From Cereibacter sphaeroides 2.4.1 (GTDB lineage: Bacteria > Pseudomonadota > Alphaproteobacteria > Rhodobacterales > Rhodobacteraceae), in the NCBI RefSeq assembly GCF_000012905.2, contig NC_007494.2:750001-782000 (forward strand): a stretch of 32,000 nucleotides of DNA. Direction: 5' to 3'. Shown here piece by piece: positions 27,401-32,000 of the stretch. The position numbers and the translations under genes are program-made. The notes under the pieces are model-generated. The model did not search any database. It saw only the letters and a list, made by a program, of their open reading frames with translations, and was not told where the DNA came from. Within the stretch, counting starts at the first letter, position 1; each line of letters begins with the position of its first letter.

Positions 27401-30400
27401 TCCGCAACGCCAGCGACCCGCGCTATTCCGAGGCCGACAATGTCGTCTTCACCGACAGCCTGCCCTCGGGAATGGTGCTGACGGGCGCGCCGAGCGTGAC
27501 GATGGCGTCCGGCACGGCCAGCGCGACGAGCTGCACCGGCACGGCCGGCGGCACGGCGGTCAGCTGCTCCTTCGGCACGCTCTCGCCCGGAGCCGAGGCG
27601 GTGGTCACCCTGCCCGTCCGAGTCACGGCGATCACGAGCACGCCGCAGAGCTTCACCAACAGCGCAAGCGTCACGACCGACTCCGACGACCGCGTGCCGT
27701 CGAACAACAGCAACAGCGGCTCGGTCGAGATCACCGGCTCGTCCGTCGCGGGCGCGGTCTGGCGCGACTTCAACGAGGACGGCACACGCGCCGGGACCGA
27801 CACCGGCCTTGGGGGCATCGCCATCCAGCTGAGCGGAACCGACCTCACCGGCGCCCCGGTTACCCGGACCACCACCACCGACGCGAGCGGCGGCTATAGC
27901 TTCGGCCTTCTGGCCGAAGGCACCTATACGATCACCCGCACCGGCAGCCTCCCCGCCCGCCACGAGGATCTGGCGGCGCTGGTCCCGGCAAGCGGCTCGG
28001 GCACCGCGTCGAGCGCCACTGTCATCGGCTCGGTGGCGATCGGCCCGGACGAGGATCTGACCGGCTACGACTTCACCGTGCGGCCGATCCCGACCGTGGG
28101 CATCGCCAAGCGCGTGTCCTCGCAGCCGGCGCTGCGGGCCGATGGCGCGTTCCGCGTGAGCTTCGCCTTCTCGGTGCGCAACTTCAGCGTCGAGCCGGTG
28201 CAGGGCCTGACCGTGACCGACATGCTTCAGGGCGGTCTGCCCGGCTTCGGCACCTACAACCCGGACCTGTCCGCCCTGCAACCGGGGGAATATGGCCTCG
28301 TCTCGGCGCCCGGCGGCAGCTGCGGTGGCCTGAACGCGGGCTACACCGGCGCGGGCGCGACCGAGCTCGTCTCGGGCGGCACCCTCGCCGCGGGGGCAGG
28401 CTGCTCCATCACCCTCACGCTGCAGGTGCGGCCCGAGATCCCCCTGCCCTATTCCGCGTCGCCGCGCTACCGGAACCAGGCGCGGCTGGATGCCGTGGGC
28501 CAGCTCTCGGGCGAGCCCGTGACCGATCTCTCCGACAATGGCTCGAACCCCGACCCGAACGGGAACGGCTATGCCAACGACCCGGGCGAGGACGATCCGA
28601 CGCCGGTCAATGTCACCTATGCCCCCGCCATCGCGGTGGTGAAGACGGCAGACACCTCGGGCTTCTCCGATCCGATCGCGCCCGGAGACCCGATCCTCTT
28701 CAGCTTCGCGGTGACCAACACCGGCAACGTGCCGCTGGCCGATGTGACGCTGGCCGATCCGATGCTGCCCGCCGCCTTCGACGGGCTGACCGTCCCGGTC
28801 CTGCTGCCGGGCGAGACGGACACGTCCACCTTCGCGGCCACCTACCTGCTCACCGCCGCCGACATCGACGCGGGCCGTGTCGAGAACCAGGCCACCGCCA
28901 CCGGCACCTGGACGCAAGGCTCGGGCGGCGCTCCGGTGACGGTCAGCGACCTCTCCGGCACGACCACCGCCAACAACACGCCGACGACGGTGCAGATCGG
29001 AGCGATCTCGCTCGTGAAGACCGCCGATGAGAGCGGCCTCTCCTCGCCGCCGCTGGCGGGCGAGACCATCCGCTACAGCTTCACCGTGACCAACGGCGGC
29101 GTGGCCCCCCTCACCGACGTGACGCTCACCGATGCGGTGCCGGGCGTGCAGGTGACGGGCGGGCCGATCTCGCTGGCAGGCGGGGCTTCGGACACGACGA
29201 GCTTCACCGCGACCTATGAGCTGACCCAGGCCGACGTCGATGCGGGCAGCTTCACCAACGACGCGAGCGTGACGGGCTTCGTTCAGGTTCAGGGCGGCGG
29301 CCGGGTGCCGGTCACGGCCGATGACAGCGTGACCACGCCACTCGCGCTTGCGCCCGCCATCACCCTGGTGAAGGAGGTCGACACGACCGGCCTCTCCTCT
29401 CCGGCGGCGGTGGGTGACGTGCTCGCCTACAGCTTCACCGTGACGAACGCGGGCAACGTGACGCTTACCGACGTGACCGTGACCGACGACAGCCTTCCGG
29501 GTCTCGTGCTGACGGGCGGGCCGATCGCGACCCTCGCGCCGGGCGACAGCGACAGCACCACCTTCACCGCCTCCTACAGCCTGAAGCAGGAGGATCTCGA
29601 CCGCGGCTTCGTCGAGAACACCGCACTGGCGACCGGCACCTATGCCGGGCCCGGCGGCACGCCCGCCGAAGTGACCGACAGGTCCGGGACGGACACCTCC
29701 AACGACACGCCCACCGTGGCGACCGTGCCCCCTGCCCCGGCCATCACGCTGGTCAAGGCGGTGGATGCGAGCGGCATCTCCAGCCCCGCGGCGGTCGGCG
29801 AGCAGCTCAGCTACAGCTTCACGGTGACGAACACCGGCAACGTGACGCTGACGGATGTGACGGTCACGGACACGAGCCTGCCGGGCCTCGTCCTGTCGGG
29901 CGGGCCGATCACCCTCGCGCCGGGAGCGAGCGACGCTGCCACCTTCACCGCCACCTATGCGCTGAAGCAGGCCGACATCGACCGCGGGTTTGTCGAAAAC
30001 ACGGCGCTCGTCACCGGGACCCATGTCGACGGGAACGGCGACAAGACCGAGGTCGAGGACGTCTCCGGCACCGACGCCGCGAACGACCTTCCGACCCGCA
30101 GCGACGTCGAGGCCGCGCCCGCCATCGCGCTGGTGAAGACCGTCGACCTCTCGGCCCTCTCGAGCCCGGTCGCGGCGGGCGACGTGCTAAGCTACGGCTT
30201 CGCCGTGACCAACACGGGCAACGTCACGCTCACGAATGTGACCGTGACCGACGACAGCCTCGCGGATCTCGTGCTGACGGGCGGCCCCATCGCCTCGCTC
30301 GCGCCGAACGCCACCGACAGCACGAGCTACAGCGCGAGCTACACGCTGACCCAGGCCGACATCGACCGCGGCTTCGTCGAGAACACGGCGCTTTCCACCG

Positions 30401-32000
30401 GCACCTACACCGACGGCGCAGGGGTCGAGACGGAGGTCGAGGACGCGTCGGGCACCGACACGAGCAACGACCTGCCCACGCGCGCCGATCTCGACGCCCT
30501 GCCCTCCATCGCACTGGTCAAGACGGTCGACGCCTCGGCGGTCTCCTCTCCGGCGGCGGTGGGCGATCTGCTCAGCTACAGCTTCACGGTGACGAACACC
30601 GGCAACGTGACGCTGACCGACGTGACGGTGACGGACGACAGCCTTGCCGACCTCGTGCTCGCGGGGGATCCGATCCCGACGCTCGCGCCGGGTGCGGCGG
30701 ACGCCACCACCTACACCGCGACCTATGCGCTGAAACAGGCCGACATCGACCGCGGCTACGTCGAGAACACGGCACTTGTCACCGGCACCCACACCGATGG
30801 CGCGGGCGTCGAGACGGAGGTCGAGGATATCTCCGGCACCGAGGCCACCAACGATACGGCGACGCGCGCCGATCTGGGGACCACTCCCTCGATCGCGCTG
30901 GTGAAGGCCGTCGATCTTTCGGCCGTCTCCTCTCCGGCGGCGGTGGGCGACCTGCTCACCTACAGCTTCACGGTGACGAACACCGGCAACGTGACGCTGA
31001 CCGACGTGACGGTGAGCGACGACAGCCTCGCCGATCTGATCCTCGCCGGCGACCCGATCCCGTCGCTCGCGCCGGGTGCGACCGATGCCACCGCCTACAG
31101 CGCCACCTATGCGCTGAAGCAGGCCGACATCGACCGCGGCTTCGTCGAGAACACCGCGCTCGTCACCGGCATCCACACCGATGGCGCAGGCGTCGAGACC
31201 GAGGTCGAGGACATCTCCGGCACCGAGGCCACCAACGACACGCTGACACGCGCCGATCTCGAGACCGCGCCCGCCCTCGCGCTGGTGAAGACTGTCGATG
31301 CTTCGGCCGTCTCCTCGCCGGCGGCGGTGGGTGAGCTGCTGACCTACAGCTTTGCCGTGACCAACACCGGCAACGTGACCCTGACCGGCGTCACCGTGAC
31401 GGACGACAGCCTCGCGGGTCTCGTGCTCGCGGGAAGCCCTGTCCCGACGCTCGCGCCGGGTGCGACCGATGCCACCGCCTACACCGCGACCTATGCGCTG
31501 ACGCAGGCGGACATCGACCGCGGCTTCGTCGAGAACACCGCGCTCGCCACCGGCACCTACACCGATGGCGCGGGGATCGAGACCGAGGTCGAGGACATCT
31601 CCGGCACCGAGGCCACCAACGACACGCCGACCCGCGCCGATCTGGACACCACGCCCTCCATCGCGCTGGTGAAGACGGTCGATGCTTCGGCGGTCTCCTC
31701 TCCGGCGGCGGTGGGCGATCTGCTCAGCTACAGCTTCACGGTGACGAACACCGGCAACGTGACCCTGACCGACGTGACCCTGAACGACGACAGCCTCGCG
31801 GATCTCGTGCTCACCGGCGGCCCGATCCCGTCGCTGGCACCGGGCGCGGCGGACGCCACGACCTACACGGCGAGCTATGCGCTGAAACAGGCGGACATCG
31901 ACCGCGGCTATGTCGAGAACACGGCGCTCGTTACCGGCACCCATACCGACGGCGCAGGGGTCGAGACCGAGGTCGAGGACATCTCCGGCACCGAGGCCAC
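24418..32000 (+). CDS. Giant secreted repeat adhesin-like protein (DUF11/TIGR01451-type repeats, one SdrD-B/Cna-B-like domain, then DUF7507-type repeats); 3' end outside the window
   Basis: GTG 24418 follows GGGGA at 7-nt spacing, and an in-frame TGA lies at 24301. I read frame 1 codon by codon over most of 24421-29400 and 30001-30240 and spot-checked the remaining repeat units to 32000, with no stop seen (more than 2527 codons). The signal peptide is (M)WIRHSRKAAAAAAFGATLVPALLWLLTGLAQA/QD. About seven ~130-145-aa modules have paired Cys and a terminal NN(S/T) motif. The SdrD-B-like segment is GAVWRDFNEDGTRAGTDTGLGGIAIQLSG...TTTDASGGYSFGLLAEGTYTI (~27750-27950). Repeats of the form LVKTVD...YSFTVTNTGNVTLTDVTV follow. 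The ORF is not in the track because it runs off the window. Confidence 0.85.
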   Translation, partial: MWIRHSRKAAAAAAFGATLVPALLWLLTGLAQAQDAVDYDWRVQLDGSAGLAIAAGGVALYKVDVQNTGTAGAPPTRIETNIPANTIFRPDLSSASCAVVGSLVDCAIPALAEDASTVVDVAFETLDEGTFVLFARVPDTDALAGNNYEEVTTTVERGADISVSLTADATVPSGGTVHYEVRVENEGPHTSEAFEVEFPVPTGVVDMTGPAGCTRSGGTFLCRVADPLAVGDSLAFDFAGQVTAASNSTVAASVAIMGQQPADADSTNNLATASTSVTAGSDLRIVKSRTPSGTILVGDELVFILSPSYRGDAPGGTVTVTDPLPAAYSFVSVQADAGWTCGESGGTVTCARPAPTTGAGEDVSIGEIRITARAVDPGTPLNIATVSAADTTDPFPGNNSSSVSVTIEAPFVDLALSKSAPSPALAVSGSPFDYRIGVTNRGNAGFDGTVRVTDAVPVGLTIESVTGSGWSCAPLPVTGPADLVCDRPYDGAAPLAAGGRVPDLVLTAVALQDGPVRNTAGVETVDGTLEDTTPGNNSGGADVTVSQPPFAADIGLTKSTAATAIAGEPQTFEVEITNFGPTEAANVRFSDPLTGLANGATSGAGNGLVSISVEPFAATGASCGGATTGATSVTASCSFDTLPVCTPGLDCPRITLVTTPGGNAGARTNTATVVSQTTADPASANNSASASFTVEPRADVTLEKLANPDPVAVGQSLNYVLTAKNVANGLSQAENVTVSDTLPSGLVFLSASPSTGSCATQPAAGSATSGGNNQVVCNLGTINNGSQQTVTIVVRPLLSLLESTLVNRAEVTTSTTETDETNNAAEASVDVTFPRFDLLIAKTDTVDPVTVGDETIYRILVTNNGPSAAENVIVTDTLPATRLSFVQASAPADGSCGTTPAAGAIGGQVICSVPYLASGESRTFEVTMRAEAKGSVTNTASVTADRAGDFESRTDNNTATQNTTLRTRVDVQVASKTPSAPSVPLREDFTFDVVIRNASDPRYSEADNVVFTDSLPSGMVLTGAPSVTMASGTASATSCTGTAGGTAVSCSFGTLSPGAEAVVTLPVRVTAITSTPQSFTNSASVTTDSDDRVPSNNSNSGSVEITGSSVAGAVWRDFNEDGTRAGTDTGLGGIAIQLSGTDLTGAPVTRTTTTDASGGYSFGLLAEGTYTITRTGSLPARHEDLAALVPASGSGTASSATVIGSVAIGPDEDLTGYDFTVRPIPTVGIAKRVSSQPALRADGAFRVSFAFSVRNFSVEPVQGLTVTDMLQGGLPGFGTYNPDLSALQPGEYGLVSAPGGSCGGLNAGYTGAGATELVSGGTLAAGAGCSITLTLQVRPEIPLPYSASPRYRNQARLDAVGQLSGEPVTDLSDNGSNPDPNGNGYANDPGEDDPTPVNVTYAPAIAVVKTADTSGFSDPIAPGDPILFSFAVTNTGNVPLADVTLADPMLPAAFDGLTVPVLLPGETDTSTFAATYLLTAADIDAGRVENQATATGTWTQGSGGAPVTVSDLSGTTTANNTPTTVQIGAISLVKTADESGLSSPPLAGETIRYSFTVTNGGVAPLTDVTLTDAVPGVQVTGGPISLAGGASDTTSFTATYELTQADVDAGSFTNDASVTGFVQVQGGGRVPVTADDSVTTPLALAPAITLVKEVDTTGLSSPAAVGDVLAYSFTVTNAGNVTLTDVTVTDDSLPGLVLTGGPIATLAPGDSDSTTFTASYSLKQEDLDRGFVENTALATGTYAGPGGTPAEVTDRSGTDTSNDTPTVATVPPAPAITLVKAVDASGISSPAAVGEQLSYSFTVTNTGNVTLTDVTVTDTSLPGLVLSGGPITLAPGASDAATFTATYALKQADIDRGFVENTALVTGTHVDGNGDKTEVEDVSGTDAANDLPTRSDVEAAPAIALVKTVDLSALSSPVAAGDVLSYGFAVTNTGNVTLTNVTVTDDSLADLVLTGGPIASLAPNATDSTSYSASYTLTQADIDRGFVENTALSTGTYTDGAGVETEVEDASGTDTSNDLPTRADLDALPSIALVKTVDASAVSSPAAVGDLLSYSFTVTNTGNVTLTDVTVTDDSLADLVLAGDPIPTLAPGAADATTYTATYALKQADIDRGYVENTALVTGTHTDGAGVETEVEDISGTEATNDTATRADLGTTPSIALVKAVDLSAVSSPAAVGDLLTYSFTVTNTGNVTLTDVTVSDDSLADLILAGDPIPSLAPGATDATAYSATYALKQADIDRGFVENTALVTGIHTDGAGVETEVEDISGTEATNDTLTRADLETAPALALVKTVDASAVSSPAAVGELLTYSFAVTNTGNVTLTGVTVTDDSLAGLVLAGSPVPTLAPGATDATAYTATYALTQADIDRGFVENTALATGTYTDGAGIETEVEDISGTEATNDTPTRADLDTTPSIALVKTVDASAVSSPAAVGDLLSYSFTVTNTGNVTLTDVTLNDDSLADLVLTGGPIPSLAPGAADATTYTASYALKQADIDRGYVENTALVTGTHTDGAGVETEVEDISGTEA
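28630..32000 (+). repeat. In-frame tandem coding repeats (~118-128 codons); the last five units have an exact 384-nt period
   Basis: The unit landmark (P-A/S-I-A-L-V-K) starts at 28630, 29005, 29359, 29743, 30124, 30508, 30892, 31276 and 31660, with spacings of 375, 354, 384, 381, 384, 384, 384 and 384 nt. Units from 30124 onward are highly similar at nucleotide level. One exact stretch of ~77 nt is shared by 30535-30612 and 31687-31764. Confidence 0.9.

Noticed and set aside
24274-30024. A 1916-aa minus-strand ORF, and its 585-aa continuation at 30187-31944
   Set aside because: Both are antisense to a plus-strand frame that has an RBS, a signal peptide and clear repeat-domain logic. The minus-strand translation is low-complexity Gly/Arg/Ala/Asp with no recognisable domain. 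Long antisense open frames are expected in GC-rich repetitive genes.
28630-32000. A CRISPR array or non-coding satellite
   Set aside because: The period is 354-384 nt, not ~60-70 nt. There is no repeat-spacer structure, and every unit is in frame and encodes the same Ig-like domain.

Overview
The window is high-GC (about 65-72% GC by eye), with alphaproteobacterium-like codon bias; the taxon is inference only. It falls into four blocks. (1) 1 to ~5160 is a clearly lower-GC island (~38-52% per 60-nt line by eye) with two convergent, tightly packed operons. The plus-strand operon is a nucleoside 2-deoxyribosyltransferase-like gene (5' end outside the window), a QueC-like PP-loop ATPase and an HhH-GPD glycosylase-like gene, all joined by ATGA overlaps. 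The minus-strand operon is a PEP-utilising-type phosphotransferase-like gene (ATP-grasp plus phosphohistidine swivel), a 53-aa charged helical peptide and a dGTPase-like HD phosphohydrolase. All five enzyme-like products point to nucleotide or nucleobase chemistry, and this island is my best candidate for an undescribed anti-phage or nucleotide-modifying system. (2) ~5160-13700 is a mosaic of decayed mobile DNA: a FlaR-like P-loop gene, ~2.4 kb without convincing genes, and a tRNA-Met-like 3' fragment. It continues with a 5'-truncated large serine recombinase and a gutted HK97-type prophage (truncated portal, S49 protease, truncated capsid, LydA-like holin) carrying an AlaE-like exporter. It ends in a truncated, frameshifted IS5/IS903-type transposase. 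(3) 13768-22504 is a minus-strand sugar-acid catabolic operon: FadR-type regulator, TRAP DctQMP, C-N hydrolase, HpcH aldolase, RraA-like protein, 2,5-dioxovalerate dehydrogenase and KdgD. (4) 22812-32000 holds a small stress-type protein with a possible frameshift, a LuxR solo with a lux-box-like palindrome, and a GTG-initiated repeat adhesin of more than 2527 codons. The adhesin runs off the window and is absent from the ORF track; the 1916-aa and 585-aa minus-strand ORFs there are antisense artefacts. I saw no rRNA, CRISPR array or intact tRNA.
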